Notes: generated from the sequence alone by a model not told the origin. Positions 19,041 to 29,162 are shown, numbered from the stretch's first letter. The stretch: 64,000 bases of DNA from Calditrichia bacterium (GCA_028284445.1 JANQRS010000011.1:128321-192320), one strand, 5' to 3'. Translations and numbers: made by a program.

Positions 19041-19937
19041 ATGCGCTATCAATTTTATACTTGCGATGTGTTTACCGAGCAGCGATTTGGCGGCAATCCC
19101 CTGGCCGTTGTCCCGAATGCGTCCGGAATGACGACCGCACAAATGCAGCAAATTGCTCGGGAGTTTAACTATTCAGAAAGCACCTTCGTTTTTCCGGCGG
19201 AGCAAGGACATACCTGCAAGGTGCGCATTTTTACGCCAACGCAAGAGGTGCCCTTTGCCGGCCATCCAAACATCGGCACAGCTTTTACTTTGGCCAATAT
19301 TGGGGCCTTTGGTTCCATCAAAGACGGATTAAATGTTGTTTTCGTAGAGAAAGCAGGGTTGGTGCCTATTGCGATTCGCGAAATGAAGGGTCAGATCTGG
19401 TGTGAACTCAAGGCGCCGGAGGTACTGTCTATCCGTGAAACGGCTCCGGTCGAGTTGGTTGCAGCAGCAGTTTCGCTTTCCCCGGCGGATATAGTCACAC
19501 GGACTCACCAGCCGCAGGTCGCTTCCGTTGGCCTGCCTTTTCTCATCGCTGAAATAGAAAATCGGCGAGCCCTGACAAATGCTGCACCGTATCTACCGGC
19601 AATTCAGGATATCGAAAAAGCCGGCCTTGTGCCGGATATACATCTCTATACGAATAGTGCGGATGACTTTGATATTCGCACTCGCATGTTTGCGCCCCTC
19701 GATGGTGTTCCGGAAGATCCGGCAACCGGTAGCGCGAATTGCGCGCTAACTGCCATGCTGAGCAGCTATCAGCCGGCGCGCGATGGGCAATTTAGCTGGC
19801 GAATTGCCCAGGGTGTTGAAATGGGACGCCCAAGTATTTTAAATGCGCGGACACTTAAAGAGAATGGCGAAGTAAAAGGCGTCTGGATAGCTGGGCATTG
19901 TGTTGCGGTAAGTCGGGGAGAGATAGAAGTTGAATGA
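19041..19937 (+). CDS. PhzF family phenazine-biosynthesis-like isomerase
   Basis: N-terminal Y.VDVFT...F.GNPLAVV and ESTFV motifs, 298 aa, two-domain length. Confidence 0.8.
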   Translation: MRYQFYTCDVFTEQRFGGNPLAVVPNASGMTTAQMQQIAREFNYSESTFVFPAEQGHTCKVRIFTPTQEVPFAGHPNIGTAFTLANIGAFGSIKDGLNVVFVEKAGLVPIAIREMKGQIWCELKAPEVLSIRETAPVELVAAAVSLSPADIVTRTHQPQVASVGLPFLIAEIENRRALTNAAPYLPAIQDIEKAGLVPDIHLYTNSADDFDIRTRMFAPLDGVPEDPATGSANCALTAMLSSYQPARDGQFSWRIAQGVEMGRPSILNARTLKENGEVKGVWIAGHCVAVSRGEIEVE

Positions 19938-20457
19938 AACCATTCATAACCATGGCACCGGCGACCAAATCGAGTTTCTGCAAACCGATGAAGGTACCGG
20001 TGGGCGCATGTCCAAATTTATCATGACGCTTGCACCCGGCTCTGCCTGGGCAAAGAGTCCGCGACATTTTCATCCTCATCAAACGGAAACCTTCGAGGTG
20101 GTTTCCGGCGAATTAAATATCACTTTTGGCGACCAGCAGAAAGTGCTTAAGCCGGGCGATGATAAGGTCGTGGTTGAGCCCTTCATGCTGCATTCATTCT
20201 GGAACGCTACAGATCAGGAAACGAAGTTCGTTGCGGAAATCTTTCCGCCGAAGAACATCGAAAAGGGACTTCGGCTCACATACAAACTCTCGGAGCAAGG
20301 AAGAATCAGCAAGAATAATATCCCATTCAGCCCATTTTACACCTTAATATTGATGGATTATTTCGATTCATATTTCCGGTTCATTCCCTGGAAGTTTCAG
20401 AAAGCCATATTCGGCCTTGGTGCACGCTTCGCCAGACTGTTTGTGAAGGATGATTGA
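19930..20457 (+). CDS. cupin-domain protein
   Basis: Cupin motifs (PRHFHPHQTETFEVVSGEL...G). TTG start overlaps the PhzF stop. The start is uncertain. Confidence 0.5.
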   Translation: MNETIHNHGTGDQIEFLQTDEGTGGRMSKFIMTLAPGSAWAKSPRHFHPHQTETFEVVSGELNITFGDQQKVLKPGDDKVVVEPFMLHSFWNATDQETKFVAEIFPPKNIEKGLRLTYKLSEQGRISKNNIPFSPFYTLILMDYFDSYFRFIPWKFQKAIFGLGARFARLFVKDD

Positions 20458-20520
20458 TCGTGATCCGACAGGCCGATTGGCTTTACCTGCTTTTGCATTT
20501 AAATCGTGGAAGTCTTGCCC

Positions 20521-22974
20521 ATGAACTTGTGCTCAACCCTCAGATACCTAGTAGTTTTCCTTATACTGTTCAAGACCGGTGTGGCCGCCCAGACTGACGA
20601 TTTCTTCTTGCTCAATAAGCTTCCTGCTTACAACCATGCCTTGCTGCTTGAAACCAGTTCCGAAACATCTGCGAATGTCACATTTGGCGATGTCAATGGT
20701 GACGGCAACCTGGATATTGTCCTGGCCAAGGGGCGGCACTGGCCACTTGTGAATCGTGTCCTGCTTGGAGATGGTAAGGGCGGCATTGCCAGCTCATACG
20801 ATCTTGCTGAGACAGCGGATCGTTCCTACTCCGGCTTGCTTGCTGATATGGACGGTGATGGCGATCTGGATATCGTAGTCAGCAATGACAAGCCTGACCC
20901 GAAGCGTGTTTACCTCAATGACGGCAACGGACATTTCGATGTGGTCAAAACCTTTGGAGACGAAAGCTGGCCGACCAGGAATGCCAGCATTGTTGACATC
21001 AACGGGGACGGACTGCCGGATGTCGTGATGGCCAATCGCGGCAGGGGTAATGCCTCAGCCAGCTATGCCTGTATCAATCAGGGTGATGGTAAGCTGGATG
21101 GGGAATGCCTGAAACTAGTGCAATACCCGGCCACAACCATCACGCCGGCAGACTTCAACAAGGATGGCCTTGTCGATCTCGCCATACCGCATCGCAATGG
21201 TGGCCAAAGTTATGTGTGGCTGCAAACAGAAGGTGAAGTGTTGCAGTTTACGAAACTGCCTTTTGGTGAGTCCGATGCTGCAATCCGCGTTGCACAGGCG
21301 GCAGATCTAAACAGTGATGGCTTAATGGACATCGTTGCTATCGATACCCGGCGCGGTGTATCGGTTTATTTACAGCAAGCAAGTGGCGCGTTTGCACCCG
21401 CTCGCCTGATCGATGACACAAACGCAAAACCTTACGCACTTGCTGTTGCTGACCTGAACAGTGATGGCCTGGCTGACATCATTGTTGGCAATGTGAAGGC
21501 ACCTTCAGTGATTTATTACAACGATGGAAGAGGTGGTAGTTTTTACCCGAGTATCTTTGGCGATGACCAGGGAACGGTTTATGGATTTGACGTGGCTGAT
21601 TTCGACAAGGACGGTCGGCCGGATATCGCGGCCGCAAGATCCGGGGCACCGAATATTGTATACTTTAGCAAACCTGAAGCTGCGGGGAGTGTATCGCAAA
21701 ATTGGTCATCATTCCGCGGCGAAGGTGGGAGCGGGGTGGCAGAGGGATATACTTTACCTGCTTTCTGGAATGCCGATTCATCTGCCGGCAAAATAGAAGG
21801 TGTGCTTTGGCGAAGCCGTTTGCCGGGGCTTGGACACTCCAGCCCAACGATTTATGGGAACCGTCTTTTCGTTGCTTCGGCAATAGCTGAAAAGGGTGAG
21901 GCCCCGCTTATGATCGGCAGAAGCGGGAAGTCGACCGCCGCTGATGACGATGGCGAGCAGGAATGGGTAATATTCTGCTTTGACAAATTTACTGGGGCTG
22001 AACTATGGCGAAAAACGGCTCATCGTGGACAACCGAAGGCCTCCCGCCACATGAAAGCAACACACGCAAATACCAGCGTGACAACCGATGGCAAGCATTT
22101 GGTGGCGTTCTTCGGTTCAGAAGGACTCTATTGTTACAATTTAGACGGAGAGCTGCTTTGGAAGCGGGATCTTGGTGTTATTAATATTAGCAAATACGGC
22201 ATTGGCTGGGGATTCTCCAGTTCGCCGGTGATTCATGAAGATCGCATCGCCCTGGTTTGCGACGATCCTGATGATCCTTTTGTTGCCGTCGTTCGGCTCG
22301 CAGACGGCGAAGAAATCTGGCGTGCATCGCGAAAAGAGATCTCAGAACGCAGTTGGGGGTCGCCATTCATTCATAGCGGTCCTGAGCGAACGCAGATGGT
22401 TGTCAATGGTTGGCCCTGGGTTGTCAGTTACGATCTCAAAACCGGCGAAGAAATCTGGCGTATTCACGATGGCGGCGACAATCCAACTCCGACCCCCTTT
22501 GAAGCAAATGGATGGATCTATATCACCAGCTCACATGGCGACAAGTCGCCGATATATGTGGTTCGTCCTGAAGCGACCGGCGATATCACGCCTTCAGCAG
22601 AAAAGCGCAGCAGCGACGGCATGGTCTGGAGCGTAGACAAAGGTGGCTCATATCTATCAACACCGGTTGTTTACAACGGTTTGCTCTATTTGGGTAACAC
22701 AAACGGCACCGTGCGTTGCTTTGACGCCGTTACCGGCGAAAAGATATATCAGGAACGATTGGATGCCGGCGCTGGCATTATCTCTTCACTGGTTGCAGGA
22801 GACGGGAAAATCTATTCTGCCTCAGAAAACGGCACGGTGTATGTGCTGGCAGCGGGCCGTGAGTTCAAGGTGCTCAGCCGAAGTCAAATGGGAGAGCCTA
22901 ATTTCGCTTCCCCGGCAATATCACAAGGTGTTCTATACTTTCGAACGACGAAAAGCATCGTTGCTGTCAAATAA
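20521..22974 (+). CDS. secreted dual beta-propeller protein: 7x FG-GAP/VCBS repeats + PQQ-like propeller
   Basis: Signal peptide from ATG 20521. Seven D.NGDG..D(I/V)(V/A) calcium-loop repeats in the N-terminal half. The C-terminal half has PQQ-enzyme-repeat style W-containing blades (GEEIWR, WGFSSSPV, GELLWKRDLG). Confidence 0.7.
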   Translation: MNLCSTLRYLVVFLILFKTGVAAQTDDFFLLNKLPAYNHALLLETSSETSANVTFGDVNGDGNLDIVLAKGRHWPLVNRVLLGDGKGGIASSYDLAETADRSYSGLLADMDGDGDLDIVVSNDKPDPKRVYLNDGNGHFDVVKTFGDESWPTRNASIVDINGDGLPDVVMANRGRGNASASYACINQGDGKLDGECLKLVQYPATTITPADFNKDGLVDLAIPHRNGGQSYVWLQTEGEVLQFTKLPFGESDAAIRVAQAADLNSDGLMDIVAIDTRRGVSVYLQQASGAFAPARLIDDTNAKPYALAVADLNSDGLADIIVGNVKAPSVIYYNDGRGGSFYPSIFGDDQGTVYGFDVADFDKDGRPDIAAARSGAPNIVYFSKPEAAGSVSQNWSSFRGEGGSGVAEGYTLPAFWNADSSAGKIEGVLWRSRLPGLGHSSPTIYGNRLFVASAIAEKGEAPLMIGRSGKSTAADDDGEQEWVIFCFDKFTGAELWRKTAHRGQPKASRHMKATHANTSVTTDGKHLVAFFGSEGLYCYNLDGELLWKRDLGVINISKYGIGWGFSSSPVIHEDRIALVCDDPDDPFVAVVRLADGEEIWRASRKEISERSWGSPFIHSGPERTQMVVNGWPWVVSYDLKTGEEIWRIHDGGDNPTPTPFEANGWIYITSSHGDKSPIYVVRPEATGDITPSAEKRSSDGMVWSVDKGGSYLSTPVVYNGLLYLGNTNGTVRCFDAVTGEKIYQERLDAGAGIISSLVAGDGKIYSASENGTVYVLAAGREFKVLSRSQMGEPNFASPAISQGVLYFRTTKSIVAVK

Positions 22975-23068
22975 TTGCAAAAATTCGCCGCTGAATGATA
23001 ATAATAGAATAAATCAGGGGTAGACGTCGATTGAGTGTCTATAAGTTTAAGTTGTGGAGTGGATTAAG

Positions 23069-24043
23069 ATGAAGATAGCTGGTTTGTTATTCGGATTGCT
23101 ACTTTTTCTCTCTCATGTCAATGCGGATTCAAAATTCCATTATGGGGTGTTAGTAGATGGCGTGCCTTATGTTTTCATCGAGGAAGAGGAAATGCTTGAG
23201 AGCTTCAAGGATAGATTGCTTTTAAGTCATCTGCAAAAAGGGGATCTTCAAACACATCCTGATTCTTCCATGGTGTTGTTCCGGCTTCAGGAGCCGATGG
23301 GCGGACCGAGCTGGGACTACAAACTTTGGAAAATTGCCGGAGCGGATAAGATGCCTTATGGTTTGGCGGGTTACCGCAAAGACTATGTGCTTTACATGCA
23401 GCTGCTGCATAACGAGCATACTGACTCAATTTTTAAACTGCAGGTGGATGAATACTTCTATGATATCAAAGGCGCCATCGTGCTTCGATGTCTACCGATT
23501 GCCATTCCTCAACGAGAAGGTTCCGCAGATAAAGCTGATATTCGCCAGATTGTGGTTTCAAGCCGCAGGGAAAAGAGACCGAAAAAGCTTGCGGCTCTCT
23601 CAAATATCTTGCCGCGCATTCCTTCCGAAGTGCTTAACAGGCAGAGGATGATCGAACGCAATAATAGCCAGAAAGAAATGAACAACGAGATTCGTGAGAC
23701 GTATGAAAAAATACTGGTTCAACGCTACGGTATCGTCGATACGCTATATGCCCTTATGGCAAGCTACGCTGGCCATGAGGGAGCGAGCAAAGGGACCTTG
23801 CTCATTGTTGATGAAGGCGGCAAACTGTTGTATAGGCGTGCAGGAAGAGGGCTCGCCAGAATACACAGCACTTTGAATGTCAATGGCGATGAGAAGCAAG
23901 AATTGATTTTGCAAAATGGCACTGATAATTCGGAATTGCTTTACGAACTCATCGAAGTCAAATACAACAAAGACGAAATGAAATACGAATTTGAGACGCA
24001 TTTCCGCAAGGTCCCGCCGAATTTTGTGCCTTATGGCTGTTAG
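23069..24043 (+). CDS. hypothetical secreted protein
   Basis: Signal peptide (MKIAGLLFGLLLFLSHVNA). No recognisable domain. Lys/Glu-rich C-terminal half. Confidence 0.35.
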   Translation: MKIAGLLFGLLLFLSHVNADSKFHYGVLVDGVPYVFIEEEEMLESFKDRLLLSHLQKGDLQTHPDSSMVLFRLQEPMGGPSWDYKLWKIAGADKMPYGLAGYRKDYVLYMQLLHNEHTDSIFKLQVDEYFYDIKGAIVLRCLPIAIPQREGSADKADIRQIVVSSRREKRPKKLAALSNILPRIPSEVLNRQRMIERNNSQKEMNNEIRETYEKILVQRYGIVDTLYALMASYAGHEGASKGTLLIVDEGGKLLYRRAGRGLARIHSTLNVNGDEKQELILQNGTDNSELLYELIEVKYNKDEMKYEFETHFRKVPPNFVPYGC

Positions 24044-24073
24044 GAAATTGGTTGCGCTTTGCAAGGAGAAAGA

Positions 24074-24715
24074 ATGGAGCATGGTTTCTGGCACGATCGG
24101 TGGAAATCCAATCGCATTGGTTTTAATCAGGTTGAAGCCAATCCTTTGCTGGTAAGACACATTGACAAGCTCTATCTGGCATCGGGACAGCGCATTTTTC
24201 TACCGCTTTGCGGCAAAACGGTTGAGATTGGCTGGCTATTGTCACAGGACTTCAATGTTGTCGGCGCCGAGTTGAGTGAAATGGCGATTCAACAGCTGTT
24301 TCAGGAGCTTGGCGTGGAAGCGACGATTTCCCCGGTTGGCCCGCTCAAGCACTATCGTGCACCCAATGTTGATATCTTTGTAGGGGACATATTTGAACTG
24401 ACTGGCAGCCTGCTCGGTAATGTAGATGCCGTTTATGATCGCGCTGCACTGGTTGCATTGCCGCCCGAAATGCGAGACCGCTATACACAGCATTTGATTG
24501 ATATTACTGGCAAAGCATCGCAACTTCTGATTAGCTTTGATTACGACCAGGCGCAAATGGACGGTCCGCCATTTTCAGTTAAGGGCCGGGAAATACGGCG
24601 TCACTATCAAGACATTTTTAATATTTCACTGCTGGAAAGCTTCGACATGCCCGGGGGGCTAAAAGGAAAGTGCCCGGCAAAAGAAGAAGCCTGGCTACTT
24701 AATACAGACCGATGA
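24074..24715 (+). CDS. tpm: thiopurine S-methyltransferase (TPMT) family SAM-dependent methyltransferase
   Basis: FWHDRWKSNRIGFNQ and LPLCGKTVEIGWL motifs characteristic of TPMT. AAGGAG RBS before ATG 24074. Confidence 0.7.
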   Translation: MEHGFWHDRWKSNRIGFNQVEANPLLVRHIDKLYLASGQRIFLPLCGKTVEIGWLLSQDFNVVGAELSEMAIQQLFQELGVEATISPVGPLKHYRAPNVDIFVGDIFELTGSLLGNVDAVYDRAALVALPPEMRDRYTQHLIDITGKASQLLISFDYDQAQMDGPPFSVKGREIRRHYQDIFNISLLESFDMPGGLKGKCPAKEEAWLLNTDR

Positions 24716-24727
24716 AGGAGAAAATAC

Positions 24728-25696
24728 ATGGCTATCGAAACCCTGCATTTGGATACAGTTATAAAAAATCACACGCAGGATATGTCCGGTAAAGTTGTTG
24801 CAGTTACCGGCACAACCAGCGGGACAGGTTATGTCTGCGCACGGGAACTTGCAAAGTTGGGCGCCACGGTCTTGCTGCTGAATCGCGCCAGTCAGCGCTC
24901 GACGGATTCGCTGGCGCAATTGCAAAGCGAGGTCCTGAATGGCAAGTTTGAGTCGATTATTTGCGATCTTCAGGATTTTGCCAGCGTTCGTCAGGCCATA
25001 AGCGAGATCCAGTCAAAATACGAGGTGCTTGATGTCCTCTGCAACAATGCCGGTGTCATGGCCATGAACGACCAGGCAACCAAAGACGGCTATGATGTAC
25101 AAATGCAGACCAATTGCATCTCACATTTCTTGCTAACGAAGGACCTTTTCTCGCTTATCCGTAAAAGCGTAGACGGGCGTATTGTTAACCATTCCTCGAT
25201 GGCCCGTTTGGGCCCACCGCTGGAATCGAAATATTTTGGCAAGAACGGCGGCAGCCTTGGTGGCGATGGCACCGATGAAGAAAACAGCAGCTTTACCGGG
25301 CCGCGCTGGCAGCGCTATCATCAAACCAAATTGGCCAATTGTGCCTTCACATATGGCTTGAAGCAGAAGCTGGAAGCAAACAATATCTACAACGTGAAAT
25401 CGCTTTTGGCACATCCTGGCCTGGCAGCGACCAATTTACAGGTGACTACGGCGAAGACAGGCGGCATGGAGGCCGACAGCCCGTTAATGGAACAGGCACA
25501 GTCGGCTGAAGATGGTGCGCTGGGTATTATCCGGGCTTGTGCGGATCCTGCGGCGGAATCCGGAAACTTCTATGGTCCTGAGCGATGGGGCGGTTTCCCG
25601 GATATTCTTCCACCAGAGGATAGCCTGCTTGATCCGCAAAACATCAAAATCAACTGGGATGGTTGCGAAGCGGCTGTCGGAGCATTTGTCATCTGA
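24728..25696 (+). CDS. SDR family oxidoreductase
   Basis: TGTTSGTG Rossmann motif, NNAG motif. 322 aa. Confidence 0.8.
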   Translation: MAIETLHLDTVIKNHTQDMSGKVVAVTGTTSGTGYVCARELAKLGATVLLLNRASQRSTDSLAQLQSEVLNGKFESIICDLQDFASVRQAISEIQSKYEVLDVLCNNAGVMAMNDQATKDGYDVQMQTNCISHFLLTKDLFSLIRKSVDGRIVNHSSMARLGPPLESKYFGKNGGSLGGDGTDEENSSFTGPRWQRYHQTKLANCAFTYGLKQKLEANNIYNVKSLLAHPGLAATNLQVTTAKTGGMEADSPLMEQAQSAEDGALGIIRACADPAAESGNFYGPERWGGFPDILPPEDSLLDPQNIKINWDGCEAAVGAFVI

Positions 25697-25719
25697 CAAA
25701 CGAGTAGGGGAGGTGCCAT

Positions 25720-26448
25720 TTGGAAATCAGAATCGGCCGCGTGGCGCAATTGATGCGCTATCCGGTCAAGTCCATGGCCGGTATCGCCATCCAAGCGAGC
25801 TACATTGGCTGGAACGGCCTGCTAGGCGATCGTCGTTTTGCTTTCAGGCGCATGAATGCCAGCGGCGGTTTTCCATGGTTAACGGCTGGCAAATTGGCAC
25901 AGCTGATCCAATACAAGCCTTGCAGCTTCGATGAAACCGGCAAAGAGCCATTACCGACCCAGGTGTTAACACCGGAGGGAAGGAGGCTCGATGTGTTTAG
26001 TGAAGAGCTGCGTGAGGAAGTTGCCAGCTTGTTTGGTGATGAATTGGAGATGATGCAATTGAAGCAGGGTATTTTCGATGATTCTGCTATCTCTGTGATC
26101 ACTATTGCAACGGTTTCACGTATTTGCGAAGATTCTGAGGTTGCACTCGACGCCCGCCGATTTCGTCCTAATATCGTTTTGGAGAGTGATAACCCGCTGC
26201 CATTCGTTGAAGATGGTTGGGTGGGTGGCAAGCTTGTTTTTGGTGACGGACCCGCTGTGCAGCTAACAAAGCGCGATGTGCGTTGCATGATGATCAATCT
26301 CGATCCTGATACCGCCGAGCAGAACCCGAAAATAATGAAGTCCGTTGTGAAACTCAATGACAACAATGCCGGTGCATATGGCACGGTCATCCAGGCTGGC
26401 CCCATACAGGTCGGTGACACGGTGAAATTGATCAAACCTGAAACATAG
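25720..26448 (+). CDS. MOSC domain-containing protein (YcbX-like)
   Basis: N-terminal beta-barrel (L.RYPVKSM.G) plus MOSC core. TTG start with a GGGGAGG RBS. Confidence 0.7.
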   Translation: MEIRIGRVAQLMRYPVKSMAGIAIQASYIGWNGLLGDRRFAFRRMNASGGFPWLTAGKLAQLIQYKPCSFDETGKEPLPTQVLTPEGRRLDVFSEELREEVASLFGDELEMMQLKQGIFDDSAISVITIATVSRICEDSEVALDARRFRPNIVLESDNPLPFVEDGWVGGKLVFGDGPAVQLTKRDVRCMMINLDPDTAEQNPKIMKSVVKLNDNNAGAYGTVIQAGPIQVGDTVKLIKPET

Positions 26449-26495
26449 TAGAGTGTTGCAGACTGACGATTCTGGCGCTAGGAGAGGCGAAGAAC

Positions 26496-27068
26496 ATGAT
26501 TGATACCTTGATGTTGCTCATTATTGATGAAAGCAAATGGCTGACTGCTTCATTGTCGTTGGCTGTTCTGTTGTCGATTGTCATATTCGCCTGGCATCGT
26601 CCTGCCGACCAGAATTGGCGCCGTCGAATTACGCCAATCATCAACTTGTTTTTTAGTGTCACAATTGGCACTATGGCTTTTGGACATTTGCTGGCGGTCA
26701 CCGTAAAGAACCATCTTGGGACCCTGGATGGATCGTTGCTGTTGCTCTACCTGCTGGGCGCCATCTTGTTCCTGCCCGCCGTGACCCTAGGCCGCTATAG
26801 CTTGAAATTGCTTCGCGAAAAAGTGCCCTCCAGGACACTTATTGCCCTAAATACAACTCTGGCTGTTGCGCTACTGGCGATGGGGCTGCACAATTTCCCG
26901 CTGGCCTTGCCCGGCTTTTTGAATATTGGCTACCAGATCCACAAGCGCCGTTCGATAGGTTGGGCACTACTTGGTATTTGTGCCGTTGTGAATATCGGTC
27001 TCTTCATTGGATCGCTCGTCTTCCTTGCCAGTGGACAAAGTTTTGAACAATTTCAGGGCATCGATTAA
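26496..27068 (+). CDS. hypothetical polytopic membrane protein
   Basis: Five to six TM helices. Good RBS. Confidence 0.4.
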   Translation: MIDTLMLLIIDESKWLTASLSLAVLLSIVIFAWHRPADQNWRRRITPIINLFFSVTIGTMAFGHLLAVTVKNHLGTLDGSLLLLYLLGAILFLPAVTLGRYSLKLLREKVPSRTLIALNTTLAVALLAMGLHNFPLALPGFLNIGYQIHKRRSIGWALLGICAVVNIGLFIGSLVFLASGQSFEQFQGID

Positions 27069-27302
27069 TTGCGCGCAAACGTTTCCTCCGGCTAGCCGCC
27101 CCCCGCCATCAATTGGGTGCTAATCCCCACAGATCTCAGATTTGCATATATCCCGTCGAACATTATATTTGCTTTTCCTTCAAACCTAACATAGCGGTTA
27201 ATTTTTTAATCTCTATGAAAGAAGACATTTACTGGATACACTTGTAGTTTGATTCAATTGGCAGCTATATTTTGCAACTATTTTTGACAAGAGACAGATG
27301 GG

Positions 27303-29162
27303 ATGCTGAAAAAAGATTTAGATAAACTGGATGTTTTCTGCCTGGCCGCTGGAGCGATGATCAGTTCAGGTTTGTTTGTATTGCCTGGCATCGCTTTTGA
27401 GAAGGCCGGTCCCGCTGTCATCCTGGCATATGCGCTGGCGAGCTTGTTTATCATTCCTGCCTTATTGTCCAAGGCTGAACTGGCCACAGCGATGCCCAAA
27501 GCCGGGGGGAGCTATTTCTTCATCGAGCGCAGCCTTGGACCTCTGGTTGGCACCTATGCCGGTTTTCTGAATTGGCTGTCTATTGCCTTGAAGGCCGGGT
27601 TCGCATTAATCGGCATTGGCACAATCGGCGCACAATTCCTGCCTTTTTCCCCTGAATTTGGCATCAAAATCATCGCAATCGGCAGCTGCCTCGTTTTTAC
27701 GTTAGTCAATCTTGTTTCCGTCAAGAGTGTTGGCAATTTGCAGGTCGTTTTGGTCTTTGGACTACTCGGTATCCTGACGCTGCATGGCCTTTCCGGTCTT
27801 GGCAGCCTGGATAGCGCCGCTTACACGCCGTTTATGACGACTGACACCGAGACGCTTTTCGCGGTTGCCGGTATGATCTTTGTATCCTTTGGCGGCTTAA
27901 CCAAGGTTGCCAGCGTTGGCGAGGAAGTCAAAAATCCGGGACGTAATCTTCCACAGGGCATGTTTCTGGCGATGATTGTTGTCAGCATCTTATATATCCT
28001 GGTTGTTGGTGTTGCGGTTGGCACCGTCGAAGCCAGTGAACTTGCTGGTTCACTTACCCCGGTTGCCCTCAGCGCTGAAAAAATATTTGGCACCTGGGGC
28101 ATCATCGCCATAGAGGCAGCGGCGCTTTTTGCCTTCATCACAACTGCCAATGCCGGTGTGCTATCTGCATCGCGATCTCCTTTGGCTATGAGCCGGGATG
28201 GCCTGCTGCCGGAAGGGCTATCGGAAACCAGCAAGCGTTTCCAAACACCACATACCGCCATCTTAATTACCTCCACTTTTATCATTCTGGTTGTCGGACT
28301 GCTATCCATAGAAGACCTCGTGAAAACCGCCTCGACAATGATGATCCTGATGTTCATTCTTGTCAACATCTCTGTGATTGTAATGCGTAGCAGCAAGCTG
28401 CAAAGCTATCGCCCTATTTTTCGTGCACCCTTCTACCCGTGGCTACAGATAGTGTCAGTTGTCTTATACGGCTTCCTGATCTTCGAAATGGGCCTCGTGC
28501 CGCTACTGCTCACTTTTGGCTTTGGACTACTGGCCGGACTCTGGTATGTCGGCTACGTCTGGCGCAAAATTGACCGCGAGTCTGCTTTTGTATATCTCGT
28601 CAAATCGATCACTTCGAGCGACATCGATAGAAGCGGTCTGGAAGATGAGCTCCGGCATATTTCCCTGGAACGAAGCGGCGTTGAGTTGGATCGCTTTGAT
28701 CATCTGGTCAAGGAATGCGAAATTTTGGATATCGAAGAAGAGATTGACGCCAAAGAGCTCTTTCACAAGATGGCCAAAGCATTGGCTGAGCGCCTGGATA
28801 TGGACGAAGAATTCCTCTTCGACTCTTTCCTTAAGCGAGAGAAGCAATCGAGCACCGTCATTAGTCCCGGCTTAGCCATTCCTCATATTATAGTTGATGG
28901 CGAAGATGTGTTTGAGGTAATGCTGGTACGCTGTAAGAAAGGGGCTAACTTTTCCGATCTCAACCAGCCGGTGAAAATGGTCATCGTTCTCTTGGGGTCT
29001 CCGGATCAGCGAAATTATCATCTCCGCGCCTTGATGAATGTTGCCCATCTTGTAAAGAATCCGAAATTCAAGGAAGGCTGGTTAAATGCCCGAAATACGG
29101 AGCAGCTGCGTGATGTTATGCTCCTGTCTCGAAAGCGGGAAAAGAAACCGGAACAGTGGTAA
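27303..29162 (+). CDS. APC-family amino-acid permease fused to C-terminal PTS EIIA type-2 (EIIA-Ntr-like) domain
   Basis: About 420 aa 12-TM APC core (FxxAGAMISSGLFVLPG). About 150 aa C-terminal domain with the EIIA-2 signature (GLAIPH, second His in YHL). Confidence 0.7.
   Translation: MLKKDLDKLDVFCLAAGAMISSGLFVLPGIAFEKAGPAVILAYALASLFIIPALLSKAELATAMPKAGGSYFFIERSLGPLVGTYAGFLNWLSIALKAGFALIGIGTIGAQFLPFSPEFGIKIIAIGSCLVFTLVNLVSVKSVGNLQVVLVFGLLGILTLHGLSGLGSLDSAAYTPFMTTDTETLFAVAGMIFVSFGGLTKVASVGEEVKNPGRNLPQGMFLAMIVVSILYILVVGVAVGTVEASELAGSLTPVALSAEKIFGTWGIIAIEAAALFAFITTANAGVLSASRSPLAMSRDGLLPEGLSETSKRFQTPHTAILITSTFIILVVGLLSIEDLVKTASTMMILMFILVNISVIVMRSSKLQSYRPIFRAPFYPWLQIVSVVLYGFLIFEMGLVPLLLTFGFGLLAGLWYVGYVWRKIDRESAFVYLVKSITSSDIDRSGLEDELRHISLERSGVELDRFDHLVKECEILDIEEEIDAKELFHKMAKALAERLDMDEEFLFDSFLKREKQSSTVISPGLAIPHIIVDGEDVFEVMLVRCKKGANFSDLNQPVKMVIVLLGSPDQRNYHLRALMNVAHLVKNPKFKEGWLNARNTEQLRDVMLLSRKREKKPEQW

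Noticed and set aside
27283-27288. Perfect TTGACA -35-like hexamer
   Set aside because: It lies only 15 nt before the annotated start codon, too close to be that gene's -35 box. Likely a chance match, unless the true start is downstream.
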